51,296 nucleotides of DNA from Nemertoderma westbladi (lineage: Eukaryota > Animalia > Xenacoelomorpha), in contig JAUCBJ010000889.1 of NCBI GenBank assembly GCA_032718475.1, positions 1 through 51,296 on the forward strand, given 5' to 3'. The notes below the pieces were generated by a model. It saw only the letters and a program-made list of their open reading frames with translations, ran no database searches and was not told the DNA's origin. The translations under genes and the position numbers were made by a program. Shown here one piece after another: positions 37,044-48,281 of this stretch (its first letter is position 1; every line of letters begins with the position of its first letter).

Positions 37044-37343
37044 CTATATATATATGTACTGTACTGTATCTATACTCCTAATAACGTTCTCCTGGCTCCC
37101 AGTCGAACTTACCATGTCCGGTTCCCGCGATCTAGTCTGCGGGACGGTAAGGAAATCTTCGATTCTGCCGTCGCCACGCGTTGCGGTTTCCGGTATTTCC
37201 GTTCGGGGTACCGGCGACGCAAGCGGTGTGACATCGGTGGAATCTCGGGTTCTCCTTCTCGGTTCGTCTACTGTCGATCTGTCCGGGTCGCACGAGTCAT
37301 AGTCGGTAGGTGGGTATCTCGTCGAATGGGGTGTGTCACTCAT
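37044..37343 (-). CDS. 99-aa ORF upstream of gag; possibly the true Gag N-terminus cut off by a TA-rich insertion
   Basis: Ends ..DTVQ-YIYI*, while gag resumes IVQITRN. GTACAG is repeated on both sides of the (TA)n patch, and deleting 43 nt fuses the frames. Confidence 0.4.
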   Translation of the reverse strand: MSDTPHSTRYPPTDYDSCDPDRSTVDEPRRRTRDSTDVTPLASPVPRTEIPETATRGDGRIEDFLTVPQTRSREPDMVSSTGSQENVIRSIDTVQYIYI

Positions 37344-40008
37344 GTCTTATTATATACGTCAAGTACGGGTAATAAAATGTCAAATGTCTGAATGTTGAAG
37401 TGTCAAACTTACCTAACCGGTACAAATAAATCAACAAGTCAGAATGTCGAAATGTCAAAATGTCGAAATGTACAAATGTCAAACTTACCTTGATATATAT
37501 ATATATCATATATATACCCTAACCGGTACAAATAAACTAACAAAGTATATAATAAAATAAGTAGTAATCTAGCCTACCGGCTAAATTTGTACGAATAAAT
37601 GAGATAACGGTATACGTTAACAAAATGTAGATCAACAAGTATAAACAATAGGCCAAACAGCAACGTCTAACGGGAAAATAAGTACCAACAACACTACTAA
37701 TAGACAGTGAAACCCACAAATTTTGAGTACTACTGTGCTTTCTTAAGTTTGAACGACGCGAGTCGTAAAACTTACGTTCCTTTGATCTTCCAGTCGTACA
37801 AATTCCCAAATACAAACCGGACGTGGGTCTTTCCGTTTTTCGGCGGCGCGGACGAATTTATTGTCTCCCAAACTTTGCGAAAAGCGGTCTAATCCTCGAA
37901 GCGGTCCAGAAATGAGTCCTTGAGTCCTGAAAAGGTCGAAGGTGAGAGTTTTACTTCTACGCTTACGAAAAATCTTCCTAGGTACCGATACAAATTGGTC
38001 TTTAAACCCTATGTACCTTTTCAAGTACCGAAAGTAACACCGCACACACACGGCGTAAAACAAAGTGCTACAAACTAACTGTTAGCTAGTCAAATATTAA
38101 ATACGAAAGTACTAGCTACCCTAAAAGCCTACTGAAGCAGGGGACGTTCTAAATTACTAAATTTACTAACCTTAGTTTTAAATATCTCCTACTTTCAATA
38201 GCTAACAATCGAAATAATACTATACGCTACGGCGGAAATACTATATACTAATTTATATAAATACTTCCTACTGTAAGGGTCCAGTAGTATACCGCTTACC
38301 AGATCCTAGTAACGATGTATCTTACTATGAGACTCTAGTAATGTATACGGGCTCGTACAGTATCTGACAACAAATCCCAGTCCAGGATATCTAAACAAAC
38401 AGATACAGTACACAAACGACTACTGGCGAGGAACAGAGCCTTGTATCTATTCTATGTACGTGAGCGGGTCTAATGCCTACGTACTAGACAGAAGGATACC
38501 TGTCCTCTAACCGGTGAGGCAGATGTACAGTTACAGTAACAGACCAAACTCACGGGAAAACAATCCCCGCGCAGCGAATCCTAACTATCACTGACAGTCC
38601 TAAATACAGTAACTTGCCGCGGTGTGATTTATATGGTTTATATACGAGCTAGTGGGTTAACAGACCTAGCGTAACAACACTGACAGTCCTAAATCAGTCG
38701 AAAAGGGGTCGTGCCTAAATGTAACAATAACTGATCCCCCTGTACGAAATCAGTCTAAAGGGTCAGGCCTAAATGTAACAATACCGTTGTCCAGACAAAC
38801 AACAGTTTAATAACGAAAGTGAAATACTCCTTATCGCCGCAACTAAATCAGATCCTAATTTTACAAATACAGACAATTTCCACCTAAAGTAATGTATAGT
38901 ACGCTATAGCTAGTAGAACTTTAAGGGCGATATGTTTTAGGGCGTGTGTGTGTGGGTGTGTTACAAATAAAACAATTTCGTGTAATTCCTTTTACTAGGT
39001 TTTAGTGATTTTCTGACTAAGTGATACCGTGCGCTAGCTACTAAAATAAACTAGTCGCGTTTGTAGAACTTTATACTCACGAATGACGTCAAAGCTCTCT
39101 CCTTCCTATCCACAACCCAATGGGCAACCACAGTGTTAGTAACTACACCCGTGATCGGCACTAATACCAGATTCTGGTTGTAAGATAAGAATAGGGGTTA
39201 ATCGCTACCGTACGTTAGCTGATCTGGTATACTAATTTAATTCTAGAACTTTGTTGCTGCGGTAGTTAGCAGCAATACCTATCAGTACGTGGCAAGGCGC
39301 GGTAGGATATTAATAAACCTCCCTAGGCCAAGCAGTGTGCCGGTAGCAGAAATACTCCTTGCCTGATCAAATAGCTAACTCCAGACAGGGGGGGGGGGGG
39401 GGGGTACTAATGTACGTTCTACAAAGCGAACCGGTACCAAACAGTCAGTGCTACGAATCACTAAATTATGGAACATATGCTGTCCGTACCTAATATGTAC
39501 TCGCGTACTGACGAATGGCAATAGTTCGCACCTGTAGGAAGTACAGGTTAACCCAGGGATTCGTAGGACTGACAAAGGGGGGGTTGTCTGGATATAATTA
39601 TTTGATCCTAAATTTGCGGCGTCCAGTACGGTGTCACGCTTACCCTGATCTATAGGTCTTACGGCGGGCAAGGGCGTCGAACAAAGTCTTACCTTTCTCA
39701 CAAAGCGGGCGCTGCATAGCAAGTTGAGCATTTCGAAGGGGCAAAGGGGGTGCGCGGTCAATCCAATGTGGGCGCTAGCGTGTTGTGGACATCCCTTCCC
39801 TGCGTTGCTTACGGCCTAACGATCTAGGCTGCCATCTCCCTGGTGTTCGGCTGTCCCGAAGTCGGACCAAAAGAAAACATGTCAGGAAATTGCAGTATAT
39901 TTACAGTTTTACAAAAGGATTTATCAAATAAAGTTTCAACAAGAAACCGAATTAACTAATTTTACAAGAATAAACTATAATAATATCAGGTATTAACGTG
40001 ATAAGGTG

Positions 40009-40042
40009 GAGTGATAACCGAAGGCAAAACGGCCTTTTTATA
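40009..40042 (-). promoter_or_regulatory. Pol II core promoter of the 5' LTR: TATA box + initiator
   Basis: - strand TATAAAAA at 40042-40035 lies exactly 30 nt upstream of the A (40012) in TCACTC (Inr-like). Several CCAAT boxes lie upstream. Same arrangement at 26185/26155. Confidence 0.65.
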
Positions 40043-40326
40043 CTAGAAATTGCACATGGAAACTAAACAGAATTTTCCACAGCTTCACCATTGAGCAATG
40101 AAGTGCTTCGTGCTCTATGATTGGCCCAGCTCATCGTTCAACGCAGTCCGGCCCTTACACTAATCTGGGACATGGAATCCTAACAGAATTTTCCACTGCC
40201 TCACATTTGAGCAATAAGATAATTTATGCCCTATGATTGGCCTGGCTCATCATTCGCTACGCTGTACGCTTCTCATTGGCCTACCAATTAGCACCACACG
40301 AAAATAAATGGCCCCAAAGTACAAAT

Positions 40327-40397
40327 TTCCCGACTGGGATTCGAACTCGTAACCTACGTAATGTAACCAACGCCTTAACCATCTGACCACTACGCCA
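40327..40397 (-). promoter_or_regulatory. tRNA-derived A/B-box module in U3 of the 5' LTR
   Basis: Same sequence as 26470-26540. Confidence 0.6.
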
Positions 40398-40540
40398 CGA
40401 GAGTACCTAAGGGTTTTATGTGTACAAATATGAATAGGCATATTACATTACTGTAACTTAATCAAAATACGTCGGATTTTCAAAAGTTTTTACGTTAAAG
40501 TTAAACTACAAATGCTATCTTATAGTGAAATAATTCATCA

Positions 40541-43500
40541 CACAGATCATCCTGTACTTTCCACTCCGACTCCCACACCCTCCACAGATCATCCTGTACT
40601 TCCCACTCCGTCTCCCACACCCTCCACAGATCCTCCTGTACTTTCCACTCCGTCTCCCACGCCGTCCACAGATCCTTCTGTTCTTCCAACACCGTCTCTC
40701 GCACCCTCCACAGATCCTCCTGTACTTCCCACTCCGTCTCCCACACCTTCCACAGATCCTCCTGTACTTCCCACTGAGTCTCCCATACACTCCACAGATC
40801 CTCCTGTACTTCCCACTCCGTCTCCCACACCTTCCACATATCCTCTTGTACTTCCCACTCCGTCTCCAACACCCTCTACAGATCATCCTGTACTTCCCAC
40901 TCTGTCTCTCACACCTTTCACAGATCCCCCCCATACCCCCCACTCCGTCTCCTACACCTTCCACAGAGCCCCCCATACTTCCCACTTCGCCTCCCACACC
41001 CTCCACAGATCCTCATGTACTTCCCACTCCGTCTCCCACACCATCCACAGATCCTCCTGTACTTCACACTCCGTCTCCTACACCCTCCACAGATCCTCCT
41101 GTATTTCCAACTCCGTCTCCCACACCCTCCACGGATCCCCACATACCTCCCACTCCGTCTCCTACACCCTCCACAGATCCCCCCATACTTCCCACTTCGA
41201 ATCAAACACCATCCACAGATCCTCATGTACTTCCCACTCCGTCTCCCACACCGTCCACAGATCCTCCTGTACTTCCCACACCCTCCACAGATCCCCCCAT
41301 ACCTCCCACACCGTCTCCCACACCCTCCACAGATCCTCCCGTACTTCCAACACCGTCTCTCACACCATCCACAGATCCTCCTGTACTTTCCAATCCCTCT
41401 CCCACACCCTACACAGATCCCCACATACCTCCCACTCCGTCTCCTACACCCTACACAGATCCCCCCATACTTCCCACTTCGCCTCCCACACCATCCACAG
41501 ATCCTCCTGTACTTCCCACTCCGTCTCCCACACCGTCCACAGATCCTCCTGTACTTCCCACTCCGTCTCTCACACCATCCACAGATCCTCCTGTACTTCC
41601 TAGTCCAGCTCCCACACCCTCCACAGATCCCCCTGTACTTCCCACTTTGCCTCCCACACCCTCCACAGATCCTCCTGTACTTCCCAATCCGTCTCCCACA
41701 CCCTCCACAGATCCCCCCATACTTCCCACTCCGTCTCCCACACCCTCCACACCGCAGATCACCCCATACCTCCCATTCGTCTCCTCCACCCTCCACAGAT
41801 CCCCCCATACTTCCCACTCCGCCTCCTACACCCTCCACAGATCCTCTTGTACTTCCCACTCCGTCTCCCACACCCTCCACACCACAAATCACCCTATACA
41901 TCCCAATCCGTCTCCCACACCCTCCACAGATCCTCCTGTACTTCCCAATCCGTCTCCCACACCCTCCACAGATCCTCCTGTACTTTCCACTCCGTCTCCC
42001 ACACCGTCCACGGATCCTCCTGTACTTCCCACTCCGACTCCCACACCCTCCACAGATCCTCCTGTACTTCCCACTCCGTCTCCCACACCCTCCACAAATC
42101 CTCCCGTACTTCCAACACTGTCTTTCACACCCTCCACAGATCCTCCTGTACTTCCCACTCCGTCTCCTACACCCTCCTGTACTTCCAACACCGTCTCTCA
42201 CACCCTCCACAGATCCCCCATACTTCCCACTCCGCCTCCCACACCCTCCACAAATCCTCCTGTACGTCCCACTCCGTTTCCCACACCGTCCACAGATCCT
42301 CCTGTACTTCGCACTCCGTCTCCCACACCCGCCACAGATCCCCCCATACATCCCACTCCGTCTCCCACACCCGCCACTGATCCCCCAATACCTCCCACTC
42401 CGTCTCCCACACCCTCCACAGATCCCCCATACTTCCCACTCCGCCTACCACACCCTCTACAGATCCTCCTGTACTTCCCACTAAGTCTCCCACACCGTCC
42501 ACAGATCCTCCTGTACTTCCCACTCCGTCTCCACACACCCGCCACAGATCCCCCCATACCTCCCACTCCATCTCTCACACCCTCCACAGATCCCCGCATA
42601 CGTCCCACTCCGTCTCCTACACCCTCCACAGATCCCCCATACCTCCCTCTCCGTCTCCTACACCCTCTACAGATCCCCCCATACCTCCCACTCCGTCTCG
42701 TTCACCATCCACAGATCCCCCCCATCCCCCCACTCCGCCTCCCACACCCTCCAAACATCCTCATGTACTTCCCACTCCGTCTCCCACACCATCCACAGAT
42801 CATTCTGTACTTTCCACTCCGACTCCCACACCCTCCACAGATCATCATGTACTTCCCACTCCGTCTCCCACACCCTCCACAGATCCTCCTGTACTTTCCA
42901 CTCCGTCTCCCACGCCGTCCACAGATCCTCCTGTTCTTCCAACACCGTCTCTCGCACCCTCCACAGATCCTCCTGTACTTCCCACTCCGTCTCCCACACT
43001 TTCCACAGATCATCCTGTACTTCCCACTGAGTCTCCCATACCCTCCACAGATCCTCCTGTACTTCCCACTCTGTCTCCCACACCTTCCACATATCCTCTT
43101 GTACTTCCCACTCCGTCTCCAACACCCTCTACAGATCATCCTGTACTTCCCACTCTTTCTCCCACACCTTCCACAGATCCCCCCATACCCCCCACTCCGT
43201 CTCCTACACCTTCCACAGAGCCCCGCATACTTCCCACTTCGCCTCCCACACCCTCCACAGATCCTCCTGTACTTCCCACTCCGTCTCCCACACCGTCCAC
43301 AGATCCTCCTGTACTTCCCACTCCGTCTCTCACACCATCCACAGATCCTCCTGTACTTCCCAGTCCGTCTCCCACACCCTCCACAGATCCCCCTGTACTT
43401 CCCACTTTGCCTCCCACACCCTCCACAGATCCTCCTGTACATCCCAATCCGTCTCCCACACCCTCCACAGATCCCCCCATACTTCCCACTCCGTCTCCCA

Positions 43501-43950
43501 CACCCTCCACACCGCAGATCACCCCATACCTCCCATTCGTCTCCTCCACCCTCCACAGATCCCCCCATACTTCCCACTCCGCCTCCTACACCCTCCACAG
43601 ATCCTCCTGTACTTCCCACTCCGTCTCCCACACCCTCCACACCACAAATCACCCTATACATCCCACTCCGTTTCCCACACCCTCCACAGATCCCCCCCAT
43701 ACTTTCCACTCCGCCTCCCACACCCTCCGCAGAACCGTCCTCCACAGATCCTCCTGTACTTCCCACTCCGTCTCCCACACCCTCCACACCACAAATCACC
43801 CTATACATACCACTCCGTCTCCTACACCCTCCACAGATCCCCCTCATACCTCCCACTCCGTCTCCCACACCCTCCACAGATCCCCCCATACTTCCCACTC
43901 CGCCTCCCACATCCTCCACAGATCCGCATGTACTTTCCACTCCGTCTCCA
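40541..43950 (+). repeat. 42-bp tandem array, right part (~80 units)
   Basis: Same unit. Removing the element and one CACAG restores a junction matching intact higher-order copies at ~23700-23780 and ~42750-42830. Confidence 0.95.
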
Positions 43951-44184
43951 TTCGCTTCTCCTCTCGCACGCCAAACTACTCCTCTCTCTCCTCCGATTGC
44001 AACCCTTGCACCTCTATCTTTTTGCCTCCCACCTCTAACTGCTCCCCTCACAACTATCACATTCTGCCCGCCCACTTCTAACACATTCTCTTGCACTTAT
44101 ACCGCTATCCCCTGCCTCTCCACCTCCACCGATATCTCTCACTTCTCCCTTCCTTACATCATCAGCATCCAGTATTCCATCTGA
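43951..44184 (+). other. Non-repetitive C/T-rich tail in frame with the Pro/Thr reading of the array, ending in TGA (possible C-terminus of a mucin-like protein)
   Basis: ..[36 protein letters not shown]; 77 codons without a stop. Confidence 0.35.
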
Positions 44185-44709
44185 AGTGTTATACACGTGA
44201 GACATGTCCTCCTCTGTAGCCCAAGTTTATTCGATTTACATGTTACATGTGGGACGTCCCGTCTTGTAACAATTTTTTGTGTTACAGGCCTTTGTTACAG
44301 GTTGGACAAAGCTCATGCTGATAAATGTAAAAGCAACTAAAGTCTATTCCACAGTCAATTGTTGCCACAAATGATTACTCACTCAAAAGACCAATATCTG
44401 GGCTATCTGCTGATATTAGAATCTTCAGATCACGTTTGTTAGAACTGATTCTAGAGCATGGCAAAGCAATGCCACTAGGGGTTACACTACACATGGGACA
44501 ATCCTAATTAACATTGACGACTCGCACGTATAAAACCAGCCATATCTCCGGTTGTGTTTTGTATTTTTTCGTAAAATCTTGCATGTTCAACTTCCCGAAG
44601 ATTTTCCTTTCAACTAAGAATTTAGTTTATAGAATCCCATTAAAAACCTTTTGGTGAATTCAGTTGTTACCGTTTGGGACAAGTAATTGTCAAAAATAGG
44701 GGTATATTA

Positions 44710-45345
44710 TCTATATTTATTACCCTATTATTGAATTATTTTCCCGGTTATTTAACCCGCGGGCAGGAAACAACCCGAGGGCGAAGCCCGAGGGTGTTCC
44801 TGCCCAATTTCTAAAAGGGTTTTGTTTGGGGGGAGTTGATAAAAAATGGGGCGTGGTATTTTTGGGGGGAAATAACTATGCATATATATTTTATCACTAT
44901 TCTTTTCCTATATTGATACGATTTAATTCAACGAATATTATTTATGGTAGACATTATTTCAGTAATGTTATTTTATGTCTATTATTTCAGTAATTTTTAA
45001 TGCTTTCATATGTGGCCTTTCTGCGCAGTAGAGCAATCAATACATTTATTAAATTATGTATTTATATAGTAGGTAATAGCGTAAATGTTATAGCTCTATT
45101 TCTCCGATTTATTTCCCAGCTACAGATAAGGGGACTTTCGACGGAATAAAAAGCGGGTGTAACAAGGGCGCATTTTTTCTTGCAATGACTAAATGAGTAC
45201 CGGTACTGGCTTTTCCTCTGTGGAGTATAGTTCGAGGGGGCCCGCACTGGAAATAGGTCGCCCGACTTTGCACGTAATCCCAGGCCTAACGGCCGAATAA
45301 ACATTTTACTTTTTTTACTTTTACACCGCTCCAGGGTAAAATAGA
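44710..45345. mobile_element. Probable non-autonomous hairpin element (Crypton-like); limits uncertain
   Basis: Hairpin GGGCAGGAA..CCCGAGGGCGAAGCCCGAGGG..TTCCTGCCC (44761-44805) with the stable GCGAAGC loop, and a short inverted match ttaccct (~44719) / agggtaa (~45332). Confidence 0.35.
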
Positions 45346-46078
45346 CGCAAATAACAGCTGATTACTGCTAAAATATACAACTGTAACCTGTTCTATTGTC
45401 TTTAACTTATTGTTTTGGTTAGAATAATGTCAATTGTCACCCGCTCATTTCCCTTAATTTTTAATTTAACATTAAGACGAAATATAAATTCGCCAAGATG
45501 GGATTTGCGTCCAACAACGCCCCCCCCCCCCCCCCCCACGTCTCCTTAGCGATCGATCTTTCTGGAATAATCGATCTTTCTAGAAAATATTAAAACTAAG
45601 GTAACAGTTACGTATCCGTGTAGCACTACATTTTATACCATAAATCATGGTTACCATGGCAACATTGTAGAGCTCTAGAACAAAATATAAATATTATACA
45701 GTAAATACCAAACCTTATACTAACTACGGTATGTAGCACAAATACTGGATGTTCAATATTCATGTTCTAGAACATATTTATTTTGTTCTAGAACATTTTA
45801 TTTAAACTAACTAGTTGTCGCTACTTTTTAATCTCCTAGAACAAGTTCGTTATCAATTAAGGTTCTAGAACACTTTGTTTTACTGGAACATTAAAAATAA
45901 ATTAAATATTATATTGATCGTTTATACAAACCGAATAAATAAAAACAGCTAGTAAATAATTACTGGCTACGCTGACTATCTAATAACAATTACTAGCGCT
46001 GTAATACTTATTAGTACTTTAGCAATTTAGCGGCAATTTACTTTATTTTACCTTTTAGATTCAATAATCCCCCTAACA

Positions 46079-46928
46079 ATGGCGCCGATCCGGGAACTCA
46101 AAATGATCCCGGGTACCGAGGAGGTTGTCTTTGTGTCTAACAACCTCCCCTGTATCCTAAACTCAACAACTCTCTACAAAAAGGAAGATCTACCGCGATC
46201 CGGAGGTTCTATCGATTACAGGAGAGTCGCGGTTTCTACGGACGGGAACCGCGTTGCCTCGGGAACCTGGGAGGGGTCGGTGACTGTCTGGGAGCGGGAA
46301 GCGACCGGTTGGAGGGTCGTAGTGGAGGTACCGTGGTGGGAGTTCGTGGTTGGTGGGGGGGAGTATGTACCTAGGTGGGGAATAGATATAAATCCCTCCA
46401 ACCGGGACGTCATGGCAACTTGTGGGTCTGACGGGGGGATTTCTATTATATCAATAACTGGGGGGAAATATAAGGTTACGAACTGGATGGGGCATTCTAG
46501 GTGCCGGTTTACTGTATTCGGTTCGACTCGAACGGGTCCCGGTTGGCCAGCTGTTCGTGGGATGGAACAGTAAAAGTTTGGGTGACCGGAACCCGGGAGA
46601 TGTTGTATCAATACCGGGGGCACAGTGGGGTGGTCTACAGTCTGGGTTGGGGTCCGGATGGGGAGTCAGTGGTGTCGGTAGATGGGAGAGGAGGGATCCA
46701 TCGCTTCGTTGTTGGTTCAGGGGAGACCTTGTGGAAACAGGAAGCAACTCCTGAGGTCCTGACGATCGTATTGAGTCCGAACGGATCCAGAATCGCTGCT
46801 GTTGGGGTGAAAGGGTTGATTTATATTCTAAATTCTGTAACTGGGAAGGTTATCAACCGGATAGAAGGAACGGGGAGCCGCATCGGTGCGTGTGGATTTC
46901 TGTAAAGATGACCGGCATATTATTACAG
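46079..46928 (+). CDS. WD40-repeat coding exon of a Roco-type gene (two apparent frameshifts as assembled)
   Basis: Acceptor ttttaccttttag at 46058, ACAATGG start, WD repeats (VASGTWEGSVTVWE, GH..PVYCIRF..LASCSWDGTVKVW, GHSGVVYSLGWGPDG), donor ACAG|GTAATT at 46928. Frameshifts near 46500 and ~46891. Confidence 0.75.
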
Positions 46929-47669
46929 GTAATTAATTAATAGACCTCTTTTATTAAAACACGTTAAATTAATTAATTAGGCCTAGGGTATAATTCAGTA
47001 CCGTACCACGTACCATAGTAAGTAATAATCATTAAAACACTTAAATAAATTAATTACATTAATATTCTTTAATTTAATTTTATTGAATTAATAATTTACT
47101 TACCGATATGATGCGGATTAACTGAACATTACCTTCACTGCTTCCTGCCAATATCGGGTACCATGGGAACGAAATTTAAATTGTCTAATATCAGAATATA
47201 TACTGATAGACTGCTGAAAATCAGAAGGTATTACAACATAGTCCCTGTAGTCGGATAGTTTTGGTTTTGGTTCCGGTAAATGTAACATAAAAATAAACTA
47301 ATAAACCAGCAATTAGCTTAATAATATTACAGTATGTATTCAGTTATCTGTTAGGTTGTTTGTTATTGGTTTGTATCAAAGGCGTTTTAACCAACTGGTA
47401 GTTCTACTTAAATAACCAAACTATAATGGTACCAATAGGCGTACCGGTACTGCAATACAGTAAAGTAACTGTACAGAGAATACAACCGGTAATGTATAAT
47501 AAAAACTTTCATTTTCAAGTCTGCCACACAGTCCCATTGCATACAACAAAGGCTTATTATAATAATATATTATTACACCTTGCCCGTAATAAAGTGTCAT
47601 TTTAGATAAGAAGGGACATCCCTAACCCACACCCCACCTTATTTTTATACAATCTTTATCATACTTTAT

Positions 47670-48281
47670 TTAACATGGAGCTACGTAGAATTTTCTTTTT
47701 TGAATTTATAGACTTTTAACGTTTGCGATATCGCCCTCATTGCATCACGGCCATTCCTCATATTAGCCACAATGACATATTATTAGAAAGCTTGAGTTGT
47801 AAGGATTCCAAATATAAATATATTTTGAGTTTCGTTGAGAAACAGCTGAGATATAATACTGGCGTTCAAAGATTGTGATAAATTATCATTCGCTGGAGGT
47901 CATTTATTATAATTAATATAAACACTACATTCTAGAACGTGATATTATTTGTATCATGCCTATGAAATATCGTTTTATAAGAAAAATATTTATGTATGCA
48001 TAGCTACACATATACATAAATAACTGGTATATTATAATGAAAGATACTTCTTGCAATCTTAGAACGCCCATATCTCATTTGTTTCTCAACGAAATTTAGA
48101 CATTCATACATATTTGGAATCCTCACAATGCAAGCTTTCAAATATATAAAAAATAAATCACTATTGATGAGAAAATTGGCAGCGAAACGAAGGCAACAAT
48201 TTCGTAAAAGACACTTTTATAAAACGCTAACGTAAAAAATTTAAATGTAAAATTGAAAATTCCGGTTACATGGGGTCCTCT
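47670..48281. mobile_element. MITE-like element with long imperfect inverted repeats
   Basis: ~47780-47853 (gaaagcttgagttgtaaggattccaaatat..tttcgttgagaaacagctgagatat) is the reverse complement of ~48070-48143. Outer limits are approximate. Confidence 0.5.

Larger units (their letters stand above)
24422..40540 (-). mobile_element. Full-length BEL/Pao (Belpaoviridae) LTR retrotransposon, 16.1 kb, recent insertion
   Basis: Two near-identical LTRs with TG...CA ends, 5-bp TSD CACAG (24417-24421 and 40541-40545), and Gag-PR-RT-RNaseH-IN order with BEL-type motifs. Confidence 0.97.
38272..40540 (-). repeat. 5' LTR (2269 bp)
   Basis: Differences from the 3' LTR seen by eye: G17 vs G20, a 10-bp indel (ttaacccagg), two 1-bp indels and 3 substitutions. 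Confidence 0.97.

Noticed and set aside
37888-37910. TGGACCGCTTCGAGG (- strand) as the primer-binding site
   Set aside because: It lies ~365 nt from the LTR and only loosely resembles BEL-type TGGTCCTTCGAG sites.
9611-43950. CRISPR array
   Set aside because: Units are head-to-tail with no unique spacers, there are no cas genes, and the context is eukaryotic.
9583-44096. The many - strand ORFs over the array ([29 protein letters not shown] repeats) as separate genes
   Set aside because: They are shadows of one low-complexity repeat with no independent starts or domains. The Gly/Val frame cannot be fully excluded without stranded RNA data.
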